The notes: generated by a model not told the origin, from the sequence alone. A stretch of DNA of 23,664 nucleotides from an uncultured Chloroflexia bacterium (GCA_963749705.1 CAVVNQ010000022.1:1-23664), one strand, 5' to 3'; positions 1 through 9,064 are shown, counted from the first letter of the stretch. Translations and numbers: made by a program.

Positions 1-22
1 AGGTTTCGTGGCGCCAGGAACG

Positions 23-55
23 AAAAGACCGGGCCGCGGCATCCGCGACCCGGTC
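23..55 (-). terminator. Rho-independent terminator of the zinc-ribbon gene
   Basis: Minus strand reads GACCGGGTCGCGG-ATG-CCGCGGCCCGGTC-TTTT, a 13-bp stem (one U-G pair) followed by a U-tract, 14 nt after the stop codon at 70. Confidence 0.85.
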
Positions 56-69
56 CAGACTGTCGAGTG

Positions 70-438
70 TCAGCCGCCGCGCTGCGTCCGGAAGCAGTCC
101 GAGCAGTAGACGGGCTTGCCGTTGGTCGGGCGGAACGGGACGCGGGCCTCGTTGCCGCAGCTCGAGCACGTTGCGGTGAACATCTCCCGCGGTGCGCTGC
201 TCCGGCCGTAGCCGCCGGCCGAGTAGCCGCCGCCACCGCCATAGCCGCCGGCGTCATAGCCGCCGGCAGATGCGCCGTAGCCGCCATCGCCCGCGGCACG
301 CGCGGCCTTGCGGCTGGCGCGGCATGACGGACAGCGCCGGGGCTCGGTGAACCCCTTCTCGGCGTAGAACTCCTGCTCGCGCTCGGTGAATGCAAACTCC
401 ATTCCGCAATCGGAACAGGTCAGGGTCTTGTCGGCCAC
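70..438 (-). CDS. Zinc-ribbon / CxxC-x17-CxxC domain protein (122 aa) with Gly/Tyr-rich linker
   Basis: GTG at 438 with GGAGGA SD at 448-453. N-terminal DKTLTCSDCG..F.FT..EQEFY..KGF..PRRCPSCR is a zf-trcl-like ribbon. C-terminal CSSC-GNEARVPFRPTNGKPVY-CSDC has an exact 17-residue spacer. Confidence 0.9.
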   Translation of the reverse strand: MADKTLTCSDCGMEFAFTEREQEFYAEKGFTEPRRCPSCRASRKAARAAGDGGYGASAGGYDAGGYGGGGGYSAGGYGRSSAPREMFTATCSSCGNEARVPFRPTNGKPVYCSDCFRTQRGG

Positions 439-560
439 GTGCCGATGTCCTCCAGCTGTCGCCGCCTCTTGCCCGGGGTCCTCGAGTGATAGCCGGAGGA
501 AACCAAGTGTCGAACGTGCGATCGGGTTATGTCCGTGCACGGCGATCCGCGCACGGGCGC

Positions 561-566
561 AGTGTA
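561..566 (-). promoter_or_regulatory. Putative -10 element (TACACT) for the zinc-ribbon gene
   Basis: TANNNT hexamer in the glpK/zinc-ribbon intergenic region, directly upstream of a 10-bp hairpin at 533-556. Confidence 0.45.
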
Positions 567-626
567 CGTAGGAACCCGCCCGATGGCGATACCGTATTTT
601 CGGGTCGATCAGAAGGCCCTTCGGCC

Positions 627-2126
627 CTAGCCGGCTGCCCAGCCCTTCGACCGCTCCACGGCTCGCTGCCAGTCACGAAGCAGCGCGGTCCGCCGCTCCG
701 GGGTCATGGCCGGCTGGAACCGGCGGTCGACCGTGCGGATCGACGCCAGCTCGTCGAGGCCCGACCACATCCCCGTCGCGAGCCCGGCCAGCGACGCGGC
801 GCCCCAGGCCGTGGTCTCGGTCACGGTCGGGCGCTCCACCGGCACGCCCAGGAGATCCGCCTGGAACCTGAGCAGCTCATCGTTGCGAGCCGCGCCCCCG
901 TCCACCCGCAGGTCCGCCAGCGGCGCCCCACGGTCGGCCTCCATCGCAACGAACACATCGTGGACCTGGTACGCGATCGACTCGATCGTCGCGCGCGCAA
1001 TCTCGGGCAGCCCGGTGCCGCGGGTCATGCCGATCAGCAACCCGCGGGCGTGCGGGTCCCAGTGCGGCGCGCCGAGGCCGGTGAACGCCGGCACGAGGTA
1101 CACGCCACCGGTGTCCTCGACGCCACGAGTCAGCTCCTCGACCTCGCTCGACGATCCGATCGCGCGCAGGCCGTCGCGCAGCCACTGGACGGCCGCTCCC
1201 GCGATGAACACCGAGCCCTCGAGCGCGTACGCGACCGGACCGCCGTCACCAAGCTGCCACAGCGCCGTCGACAGCAGGCCGTGCCCGGAGGCAATCGGCA
1301 TGTCGCCGACGTTCGCGAGCAGGAACGCGCCGGTGCCATAGGTGTTCTTGGCGTCGCCCGGCGCGAAGCACGCCTGCCCGAACATCGCCGCCTGCTGGTC
1401 ACCCGCCACGCCGGCGATCGGGATCGGGCGACCCAGGACATCGGCGTCCGACTCGGCCCACACCGCCGACGACGGTCGGACCTCGGGCAGCATCGAGCGC
1501 GGCACCTCCATCAATGCCAGCAGCTCGTCGTCCCACTCGAGGCTGCGCAGGTCGAGCAGCAGGGTTCGCGAGGCATTCGATGCATCGGTCGCGTGGACGC
1601 GGCCGCCGGTCAGACGCCAGATGAGCCAGGAGTCGACCGTCCCGAACGCCAGCTCGCCGCGCGCGGCGCGGGCGCGCAGGCCGCCCTCCTCGAGGATGTG
1701 CCGGATCTTCGGACCGGAGAAGTAGGCGTCGAGGGGCAGGCCTGTCCGCTCGCGGATGAACGGCTCGTGGCCGGCCGCCCGGAGCTGCTCGCAGAACGGC
1801 GCGGTGATCCGGCTCTGCCACACGATCGCCGGTGCCACGGGACGGCCCGTCGCACGGTCCCAGACGATCGTGGTCTCGCGCTGGTTGGTGACGCCGATCG
1901 CGGCGATGCTCGCGGGCCCACCGACCGCATCGACGACCTCACGGGCGACACGAACCTGGCTCGACCAGATGTCCTCCGGGTCGTGGGTGACGTGCCCGGG
2001 CGACGGGTAGCCCTGCGGGAACTCGCGCTGCGCGCTGGCGACGGGGACGCCGTGACGGTCGAAGGCGATCGCGCGCGAGGAGGTCGTGCCCTGGTCGAGC
2101 GCGAGCACGAACGGCCCATCGGACAT
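627..2126 (-). CDS. glpK: Glycerol kinase (499 aa)
   Basis: Motifs [57 protein letters not shown] and LRVDGG. ATG at 2126 with GGAGGAG SD; the start was trimmed from the longer ORF call. Confidence 0.97.
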   Translation of the reverse strand: MSDGPFVLALDQGTTSSRAIAFDRHGVPVASAQREFPQGYPSPGHVTHDPEDIWSSQVRVAREVVDAVGGPASIAAIGVTNQRETTIVWDRATGRPVAPAIVWQSRITAPFCEQLRAAGHEPFIRERTGLPLDAYFSGPKIRHILEEGGLRARAARGELAFGTVDSWLIWRLTGGRVHATDASNASRTLLLDLRSLEWDDELLALMEVPRSMLPEVRPSSAVWAESDADVLGRPIPIAGVAGDQQAAMFGQACFAPGDAKNTYGTGAFLLANVGDMPIASGHGLLSTALWQLGDGGPVAYALEGSVFIAGAAVQWLRDGLRAIGSSSEVEELTRGVEDTGGVYLVPAFTGLGAPHWDPHARGLLIGMTRGTGLPEIARATIESIAYQVHDVFVAMEADRGAPLADLRVDGGAARNDELLRFQADLLGVPVERPTVTETTAWGAASLAGLATGMWSGLDELASIRTVDRRFQPAMTPERRTALLRDWQRAVERSKGWAAG

Positions 2127-2143
2127 CGGAGCTCCTCCCGGCA

Positions 2144-3805
2144 TCAGCCTGGCGGCGGCACGTCGAACTCGCGGTGCGCGCCCTCGAGGTACGTGCGGAC
2201 CTCGGCGGCGCGCCGCTCGTCGTCCCAGCCCAGGATCGCGCCCATGATCTGGGCCACCCTCGGCGCACATCCCGCTCCCCGATCGCGAACCTCGGGCGCC
2301 AGCCGGATGCGGCGGGCCAGCATGTCGTCGAGCGACATCGCCAGCTCGTGCTCGGCGGCCCAGGCGACCTCGGCCTCGAGATACGGGAACCCGGGCTCGA
2401 GCGCGCGGACCATGTCCCGGGCTCGACCGAGCGCGAGCACATCCGGCGCCTCCGTCCCATGGCGATCGACGAGCGACCGGGCTGCCTCGGCGTCGACGTC
2501 ACCGGTGGCGGTGAGCCGCGAGGCGAGCGCGTCGAGGTCGGCGGAGGCCGCCGCCCCGATGATCGGCAGGTCGCCGGTCGCCGTGCGACGCACGCGGGCG
2601 GCGTCGCCCAGGACCGCATCCACGGCATCGCGCGCCATCACCCGGTACGTCGTGTACTTGCCGCCGCTGACCCGGACGAGACCCGTCGCCTCGACGCTGA
2701 CCTTGTGCTCGCGCGAGATCCTGACGCTCGACCGCGCCGTCGACGGGGCGATCAACGGGCGCAGGCCGGCGTACGTGCCCACGATGTCGTCGCGGGACAG
2801 CTCGAGGTCGAGCGCCCCGTTGAGCGTGCCCAGGATCTCGTCCACCTCGGCGGCGCTGGTCGCCGGGCGGTCGATCGGGCCATGGAACGGCTGATCCGTC
2901 GTGCCGATCAGCCAGTGCCGCGGCCAGGGCACGAGGAACGCGACGCGCCCCGGGATCCTCAGCGTCATCCCGCCCAGCGCCGGGATCCGCTCGCGCGGGA
3001 TCACCAGGTGGCTGCCCCGTGCGGGCAGGACGCTGAACGATCCGCCGCCGAACGGCCGGTCCGGTTGCGCTCCCCACACCCCGGTCGCATCGAGGACCGT
3101 CGCCGCTCGCACGTCGAACGTCGTCCCCGTTACCCGGTCCTCCACCGCCGCTCCGATGACGCGGCTGCCGTCGAGCAGCGGAGCCGTTGCCCGGACCCGG
3201 GTGACCGCCGCCGCCTCGTCGGGCGCATGGGCGATCGCGGTCCTGACGACCGCGAGCGCAAAGCGGGCGTCGTCCTCCATCGCGTCGTGGTACAGGAGCG
3301 CGCCCCGCAGGTTCTGCCTCCGGAGGTGCGGGGCGTAGTCGAGCGTCGCTGCGAGCGAAAGGTGCCGGTGCGGGCCGCCGGACCTGGCCGACCCCAGCAC
3401 GTCGTACATCGTCATGCCCGCTTCGTAGAACGCCCGAGCGATCGCGGGCGGTCCGTACAGCGGGAACAGGAACGACTCGAGGCGGACCAGGTGGGGCGCC
3501 AGTCGCAGCAGCCGGGCGCGCTCCGCGAGCGCCTCGCGCACGAGGCCGATCTGCATCTGCTGGAGGTACCGCAGCCCGCCGTGGATCAGGCGGCTTGAGC
3601 GCGACGACGTCCCGACCGCGATGTCGTCCTGCTCGACCAGCGCCACGCGCATGCCGCGGCTCGCGGCATCGAGCAGGGCCCCGGCCCCCACGATCCCGCC
3701 GCCCACGATCAGCAGGTCCCAGTGCTCGTTGGCAAGCCGCTCGAGGTCATGGCCCCGGCGGGCGAGCGGAGCGTGCAGGAGGTGTGGATGCTGGGGATCG
3801 GTCAC
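2144..3805 (-). CDS. glpD: FAD-dependent glycerol-3-phosphate dehydrogenase/oxidase
   Basis: Motifs [42 protein letters not shown] and [11 protein letters not shown]; adjacent to glpK. GTG at 3805 overlaps the upstream stop (GTGA); alternative start at 3844. Confidence 0.93.
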   Translation of the reverse strand: MTDPQHPHLLHAPLARRGHDLERLANEHWDLLIVGGGIVGAGALLDAASRGMRVALVEQDDIAVGTSSRSSRLIHGGLRYLQQMQIGLVREALAERARLLRLAPHLVRLESFLFPLYGPPAIARAFYEAGMTMYDVLGSARSGGPHRHLSLAATLDYAPHLRRQNLRGALLYHDAMEDDARFALAVVRTAIAHAPDEAAAVTRVRATAPLLDGSRVIGAAVEDRVTGTTFDVRAATVLDATGVWGAQPDRPFGGGSFSVLPARGSHLVIPRERIPALGGMTLRIPGRVAFLVPWPRHWLIGTTDQPFHGPIDRPATSAAEVDEILGTLNGALDLELSRDDIVGTYAGLRPLIAPSTARSSVRISREHKVSVEATGLVRVSGGKYTTYRVMARDAVDAVLGDAARVRRTATGDLPIIGAAASADLDALASRLTATGDVDAEAARSLVDRHGTEAPDVLALGRARDMVRALEPGFPYLEAEVAWAAEHELAMSLDDMLARRIRLAPEVRDRGAGCAPRVAQIMGAILGWDDERRAAEVRTYLEGAHREFDVPPPG

Positions 3806-4017
3806 GACGGACCCCTCGTCCCGGGCGAGCGCAGGATCCGCCACAGGATGTAGGCGGTGCCGCCGACCAGGATCACGATCAGCAGCGGCGTGTGGAACAC
3901 CAAGGCCTGGCCGTCGCTCGGGAGCAACGCGGTGACGCCGGCGGCCGCGAGCACGGTCACCACGACCGCCGCGGCGACCAGCAGCACCTCGCGGATCCCC
4001 GGCTGCCGCTCAGCCAC
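3802..4017 (-). CDS. Small membrane protein (71 aa, two predicted TM helices), unknown function
   Basis: Two hydrophobic stretches (VLLVAAAVVVTVLAAAGVTALL; LLIVILVGGTAYILW). Fills the nnrE-glpD gap and overlaps both neighbours. Confidence 0.75.
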   Translation of the reverse strand: MAERQPGIREVLLVAAAVVVTVLAAAGVTALLPSDGQALVFHTPLLIVILVGGTAYILWRILRSPGTRGPS

Positions 4018-4792
4018 GGTCTGCGTCTCCCGGGATGCCGATGGGTGCGACCAGCACGCGCCCGGCGAGCGCGCGGCCGCGGCGCGTCTGCAGGCCGATC
4101 TTCGGCCGGTGGAAGGTCACGGTCATGTCCGCCCGGACGACCGGGTCCGACGGGTCGCCGGACGTGAGGTCGACGGCCGTCGGGGTGTCGACGGCCAGCA
4201 CCGGAACCCCGGCGTCGCGGGCTCGACCGATCATCTCGACCGCGGCGCGCACAGGCTCTCGAAGCCGGCCCTGGACCCCCGTGCCGAGCAGGGCATCGAC
4301 GATCACGCCGGCCTTGTCCAGCCCCTGGGCGAGGATGGCGATGTCGCGCGCGACCGGTGCATGGACGCGCGTGACGCCGGTCAGGCCCTCGAGCCGCTTC
4401 CAGTTCCGGAGGGCATCGGGCGTCCCCGGGCGCTCCGCGGTGGACACGAGGACGACGATCACGGTTCCGCCCCAGCCGGCCAGGCGACGCGCGGCGACAA
4501 GGCCGTCGCCGCCGTTGTTGCCGGGTCCGGCGAGGACGAGGACCGGCCGGTCCGCTCGCCCGTTGTGGGCGGCAAGTGCGCGGGCACCCGCCGCCACGGC
4601 CGTACCCGCGTGCTCCATGAGCGTCTCACCGGGGACGCCGAGCGCCTGGGCCTTGCGATCCATGCCCGTCATCGCCGCGGCCGAGATCGCCGTGCGCGCC
4701 GCGGTGCCCGCCCAGCGAAGCTCGAGCTCGTCGAGGCTGAGCTCCGCCAGCTCTCGATCGTCCGCGGGAAGGAGGGTCGGGGGGTTGGCCAC
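4010..4792 (-). CDS. nnrE: NAD(P)H-hydrate epimerase (stand-alone YjeF N-terminal domain)
   Basis: Motifs LMEHAG, VLAGPGNNGGDGLVAAR, IVDALLGTG, VLAVDTPT and ADMTVTFHRPKIG. Confidence 0.92.
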   Translation of the reverse strand: MANPPTLLPADDRELAELSLDELELRWAGTAARTAISAAAMTGMDRKAQALGVPGETLMEHAGTAVAAGARALAAHNGRADRPVLVLAGPGNNGGDGLVAARRLAGWGGTVIVVLVSTAERPGTPDALRNWKRLEGLTGVTRVHAPVARDIAILAQGLDKAGVIVDALLGTGVQGRLREPVRAAVEMIGRARDAGVPVLAVDTPTAVDLTSGDPSDPVVRADMTVTFHRPKIGLQTRRGRALAGRVLVAPIGIPGDADRG

Positions 4793-5278
4793 GGTTCAGA
4801 GGGTACCCCGCAAATTGCCGCTCGTCGGGGCGCCTGTCGCAGGGCATCCCGACGAGCGCTGCACGCCCGGGCTGGTGGTCACCGCCGACGCTCGAGCGGT
4901 GCACGGGCGCACCCAGCGGGACCATCGGATGGGCGGCGCCAGCAACCGGGGTACGTCCGGGCCGCGACCCCGCCCGCAGCGCCCGCCGCGACACGGCGCC
5001 GCCGGCCGATCCGTGCTCGCGCGCAGCCGACTTCTGGCGCGACGCACCCGAGACGGGTCGTCTGGGGGCGTTGCGCTCCGGCACCGAGCCGGACCCACGG
5101 AGCGCCGCACAGGCGCTGCCGGGGGCCGGCCGGCACGGGGTCCGGTGACACACGGCCCGTAGCCCGATCCCCCGCACCGGCGCGTGATGGGTTCCATCGC
5201 CGGCTCGGAACCTGCCCGCGGAGGCTCGACCCGTGCTGGCTGCTCCACCAGATGAGCGCACAAGTGGGGGTCGGTCGC

Positions 5279-5956
5279 ATGACCATTCGCCGCCATCGGC
5301 TGGCATCGATCACGGTGCCCATGGTGTTCTCGCTGCTCCTGCTCGGCTCGCTCGCCGGACCTGCGGCGGCATCCAGCAAGTTCAAGCTCGACCTGTACTT
5401 CGCATCCGGCTACGAGCGCCAAATCGACGGACGGACGTGTACCGCAGCATCGACCGCGATGATGCTCAACTTCATCGCCCGTCGTGACCTGCACCTCGAC
5501 CAGATGAGCATCCTTCAATTCGAGCAGCCGGTCGATGCCCTCGACAACCGGGTGCAGCGAGGCTCGGACCCGCTCGGCTGGTCGATCGCCGCGACGGAGT
5601 TCTCGGCTCGCGAGGACATCCCTTCGACATATGCCTGGAAGGCGTACAACAGCGAGAGCACGGCGCTGCGCACGGCGGCACTGGCGATCGCCCGCTACCA
5701 CAAGCCGGTCGGCCTCGCGATCTGGCACGGCGGCCACGCGGTGGTGATGACCGGGTTCGAGGCCACCCGCAACCCGGCGCTCGGCGGACATTGGACGCTC
5801 ACCGCGGTGTACATCAGCGACCCCTATGGCGCTCACCACGCGCGCTATGCTCCTGCGCTGCGGTCACCGCTCAACGCCTATCTCAAGCTGGATGCGACCA
5901 CCAAGTACGACAAGGCGTGGTACCGCAAGTACGTCATCATCCAGCCGCTCCGCTGA
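5279..5956 (+). CDS. Secreted C39-like (papain-fold) cysteine peptidase family protein
   Basis: Signal-peptide-like N-terminus (RRHR, hydrophobic core, PAAA). Q-x5-CTAASTAMML, GGHAVVMTG and YISDP give a Cys-His-Asp triad pattern. Alternative ATG at 5252. Confidence 0.72.
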   Translation: MTIRRHRLASITVPMVFSLLLLGSLAGPAAASSKFKLDLYFASGYERQIDGRTCTAASTAMMLNFIARRDLHLDQMSILQFEQPVDALDNRVQRGSDPLGWSIAATEFSAREDIPSTYAWKAYNSESTALRTAALAIARYHKPVGLAIWHGGHAVVMTGFEATRNPALGGHWTLTAVYISDPYGAHHARYAPALRSPLNAYLKLDATTKYDKAWYRKYVIIQPLR

Positions 5957-6029
5957 GATCCGCCGACGCCCGCCAGGGTCAGAGACGCCCTGCGTGAGCC
6001 AAGCAGCCCAACGAGGACCACGACACCCG

Positions 6030-7079
6030 ATGGACGACGGCATGCCGACGAAGGGTCGATCGGTCCGTGACGGCTCGCCCGGCATCCGGCACCGCAGCGC
6101 CGATCCGTGGAGCGTCGCCCATCCGGACGTCGGGGTCGGGGTCGCGCGCCGCAGCGACGAGCGGGATCCGGCCTCGTACGCGTACTGGGCCAACCTCGAT
6201 GTCGAGCCGGTGCCGTGGGTCCGCCCGGGACGAAGCTATCGCCGGCCGGCGATCCAGCTGCTCGGGTCGGCGATCGTCGTCGCCGCATTCCTGGTCGTCG
6301 TCGTGGGCATGTCGGCCGCGATCGGCGGAATGACGCGCGCGGTCGGGCCCCGTCCGAGCGTCGCCGTCGTCGGGGTCCATGCGGCCACACCATCGCCCTC
6401 ATCGCCGGCCGCCTCGCTCGCCGCGTCGCCGCCCGCGGACACCACCGAGCCGCCCGCGCCGGTCCGCGAGCCGGTCGATGTCAACATCGACGACCAGCCG
6501 AAGCTCGTGTTCATCTCCGAGCAGAAGAACACCTGGTGTGGGGCGTCCGCAGTCCAGATGGCGCTCAACGTCCTCGGCCCCGCCATCGACGTCACCGCCG
6601 CCTACCAGAAGGTCATCCGGCAGCTCGAGGTGGACTACACCGACCATGAGGACAGCCACAACGGCGGGGCCGGGCCGGTCGGCATGGCGGCCGCCCTCAA
6701 TGAGCTGGGGGGCGTCACCTACGAGCTGCGGATCTACGACACCCGCGCGCAGGCCCTGTTCGACAGTGCGCGCGCGATCAGCTCGACCGGCGAGCCGGTC
6801 ATCCTCCTTGCCTGGCGCGGCGCCCACGCCTGGGTCATGACCGGATACCGGGCCGATGCCGATCCCACCCTGTTCGACGACGCCAAGGTGGATGGCGGCT
6901 ACGTCCTCGACCCCTGGTACCCGCGCGTGTCGTCGATCTGGGGACCGTCGGATCCGCCCGGCACATACCAGAACGCAGCCGAGATGAAGCGCAACTTCCT
7001 GCCCTGGAAGCGGCCCGAGGGCGCGTACCCGGGGCGCGACGGCAAGTACCTGGTGCTGGTGCCTTCGGACGCTCCCTGA
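6030..7079 (+). CDS. Membrane-anchored C39-like cysteine peptidase family protein
   Basis: ATG at 6030 with GAGGA upstream (start uncertain). TM segment LLGSAIVVAAFLVVVVGMSAAI, a Pro/Ser/Ala linker, then EQKNTWCGASAVQMAL, GAHAWVMTGY and YVLDPW. Confidence 0.72.
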   Translation: MDDGMPTKGRSVRDGSPGIRHRSADPWSVAHPDVGVGVARRSDERDPASYAYWANLDVEPVPWVRPGRSYRRPAIQLLGSAIVVAAFLVVVVGMSAAIGGMTRAVGPRPSVAVVGVHAATPSPSSPAASLAASPPADTTEPPAPVREPVDVNIDDQPKLVFISEQKNTWCGASAVQMALNVLGPAIDVTAAYQKVIRQLEVDYTDHEDSHNGGAGPVGMAAALNELGGVTYELRIYDTRAQALFDSARAISSTGEPVILLAWRGAHAWVMTGYRADADPTLFDDAKVDGGYVLDPWYPRVSSIWGPSDPPGTYQNAAEMKRNFLPWKRPEGAYPGRDGKYLVLVPSDAP

Positions 7080-7122
7080 TCGCCCGCTCGCGCGGTCGCG
7101 GGTGCCCTCCGCCCACGCGCCA

Positions 7123-8043
7123 TCAGCCCCGGGGCAGCCGAGCCTCGGGCCCGTCGGGCGTCTCGTGAACCTCGAGGAGGCCCTCCGAACCAAGCGCGAG
7201 GACCGCTTCGCGAACGGCGGCGGGATCATGGCCGCCGATCCGTTCCCCGAACGGGATCAGGGCGCCATCGGCCGCGTCGCGGGCACGCGCGATGATCCGG
7301 CCACGCAGCCAGCGCGTGGTCGACGGGAACGGGGCAGCCGGGCGTCGTGGGCTCCCGCTCACGGCGGCCCGCCGTGGCGCCGCCCGCTCCCCCGCCGCGT
7401 ACCGGCACCAGGCCATCGCCGGGCAGTCGGCGCAGCGCGGGTTCCGCGGGCGGCACGGCCCAGCGCCGATGTCCATGAGCGCGTGCGTCCAGTCCCCGGC
7501 CCGATCGGGCGGGACCACCGCATCGGCCAGCGCCTGGAGCTCCGCGGGCGCAAGCGCCTCGGCCCCGCCGGCCGCGATCCGCCCGAGGACCCGCCGCACG
7601 TTGGTGTCGACCGCCCCGACCGGCAGCCCGAACGCGATCGCCGCGACGGCCCGCGCCGTGTACGGTCCCACGCCGGGCAGGGACCCGAGGCCCGCCACCG
7701 TGGCGGGTACGGAGCCGCCGTGCTCGGTCACGATCGCCTTCGCGGCCCGATGGAGATGGATCGCCCGCCGGTTGTAGCCCAGCCCCGCCCACGCCCGGAG
7801 GACGTCGGCAGCGGGTGCCGCGGCCAGCGCCTCGACCGTCGGAAAGCGGGCCATCCATGACGTCCACGCTTCGGCGGCGCGCGCCGCCTGCGTCTGCTGC
7901 GCCATGAGCTCCGAGACGAGGACCGCGTACGGATCGCGCGTCGCCCGGAAGGCGAGCCGGCGCCCGCTCACCTCGAACCAATCGAGGATGGCGTTGCGCA
8001 GGGCGGTCGGGATCGGGTCGACGGGCGGGTCGGGATCGGCCAC
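7123..8043 (-). CDS. mutY: A/G-specific adenine glycosylase, short form (306 aa)
   Basis: Motifs DPYAVLVSELMAQQT, WAGLGYNRRA, LPGVGPYTARAVA (HhH), VDTNVRRVL and the Fe-S loop CRPRNPRCADCPAMAWC. GTG at 8043 was chosen because the longer ORF is antisense to the LLM gene. Confidence 0.93.
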   Translation of the reverse strand: MADPDPPVDPIPTALRNAILDWFEVSGRRLAFRATRDPYAVLVSELMAQQTQAARAAEAWTSWMARFPTVEALAAAPAADVLRAWAGLGYNRRAIHLHRAAKAIVTEHGGSVPATVAGLGSLPGVGPYTARAVAAIAFGLPVGAVDTNVRRVLGRIAAGGAEALAPAELQALADAVVPPDRAGDWTHALMDIGAGPCRPRNPRCADCPAMAWCRYAAGERAAPRRAAVSGSPRRPAAPFPSTTRWLRGRIIARARDAADGALIPFGERIGGHDPAAVREAVLALGSEGLLEVHETPDGPEARLPRG

Positions 8044-8073
8044 GCCCCTACGATACGGGTGAGGAGGCGATCG

Positions 8074-9009
8074 ATGGCGATGCGGTTCGGGGCGGCGTTC
8101 TGGATCCAGCGCGTCGGCTGGCCAGAGCTGCGCGACGGGATGCTGCACGCCGAGGCGGCCGGCTTCGACGACCTGTGGCTCGACGATCACCTGCTGTCCG
8201 ACGAGGGCGACTGGCCGGATCCCAAGCTCGAGGGCTGGTCGACGTTGGCCGCCGCCGCCGCGGTCACGTCCCGGGCACGACTGGGCCTGATGGTCGCCGC
8301 CAACACGCTGCGCAACCCGGGGCTGACGGCGAAGATCACGACCACGGTCGACCACGTCTCGGGTGGTCGGGCGATCCTTGGCATCGGCGGCGGCTGGTTC
8401 GAGCGCGAGCACGACGCCTTCGGGTTCGATTTCGGCAGCGGGTTCGGTGAGCGGCTCGACCGGCTGGGCGAGGCGGTGCCGCTGATCCGGCGCCTGCTCG
8501 ACGGCGAGCGCGTGACCCACGACGGCCGCTTCTACCGGTTCCGCGATGCCGTCTGCGCTCCCCGCCCGGTCCAGGCCCACCTGCCGATCCTGATCGGTGG
8601 CTCGGGGCCTCGGAAGACGCTGCCGCTGATCGCGCGCCACGGCGACATGTGGAATGCCTATGGCACGCCCGAGCAGCTCGCGGCCAGCGACGCGATCCTG
8701 CGCGCGGCCTGCGACGCGGCCGGTCGTGATGAGCGCGAGATCGAGCGGACGGTCAACCTCAACGTCGTGATTCGCGCGACGCGGACCGAGGCCGAGCGCG
8801 ACTGGGCGGCGTACGTGGCGGCGCACCTCCCCCAGGAGGACGAGCGCGGGCTCGATGCGGGTGGTTCGCTGGACGAGGTTGCCGCGGCGTTGGCGGCGTA
8901 CCGGGCCGTCGGGTTCGCGCATCCCATCCTGATCTTCCGCAGCCCGTTCGACTTCGAGACGATGGATCGTCTGCCGGAGCTCCGGGCGATGCTGGGCGAC
9001 GGCGGCTGA
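8074..9009 (+). CDS. LLM class flavin-dependent oxidoreductase (possibly F420-dependent)
   Basis: Motifs GFDDLWLDDH, RNPGLTAK...VDHVSGGRAILGIGGGW..REH..FG and PILIGGSG.RKTL..IARHGDMWN. SD GAGGAGG at 8061-8067; start is 8074 or 8080. Confidence 0.9.
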   Translation: MAMRFGAAFWIQRVGWPELRDGMLHAEAAGFDDLWLDDHLLSDEGDWPDPKLEGWSTLAAAAAVTSRARLGLMVAANTLRNPGLTAKITTTVDHVSGGRAILGIGGGWFEREHDAFGFDFGSGFGERLDRLGEAVPLIRRLLDGERVTHDGRFYRFRDAVCAPRPVQAHLPILIGGSGPRKTLPLIARHGDMWNAYGTPEQLAASDAILRAACDAAGRDEREIERTVNLNVVIRATRTEAERDWAAYVAAHLPQEDERGLDAGGSLDEVAAALAAYRAVGFAHPILIFRSPFDFETMDRLPELRAMLGDGG

Positions 9010-9015
9010 GCAGCG

Positions 9016-9064
9016 GGCGAACCGGCGTCAGGCGAACCGGCGTCAGGCGAACCGGCGTCAGGCG
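9016..9064. repeat. Perfect 15-bp tandem repeat (GGCGAACCGGCGTCA) x3 plus 4 nt
   Basis: Units at 9016-9030, 9031-9045 and 9046-9060 are read directly from the sequence. The last unit contains the hemY stop codon. Confidence 0.95.

Noticed and set aside
390-2894. 834-aa plus-strand ORF, and other long antisense ORFs such as 16258-18858, 9136-10743 and 21560-23329
   Set aside because: These are Arg/Ala/Gly-rich shadow frames antisense to well-supported genes, which is expected in very GC-rich DNA. They contain no family motifs.
3857-5278. N-terminal ~470 aa of the 699-aa ORF 3857-5956
   Set aside because: It is antisense to nnrE and low-complexity. The real protein begins with the signal peptide at 5252 or 5279.
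9016-9064. Possible mini-CRISPR array
   Set aside because: The repeats are 15 bp and directly adjacent with no spacers, and no cas genes are present.
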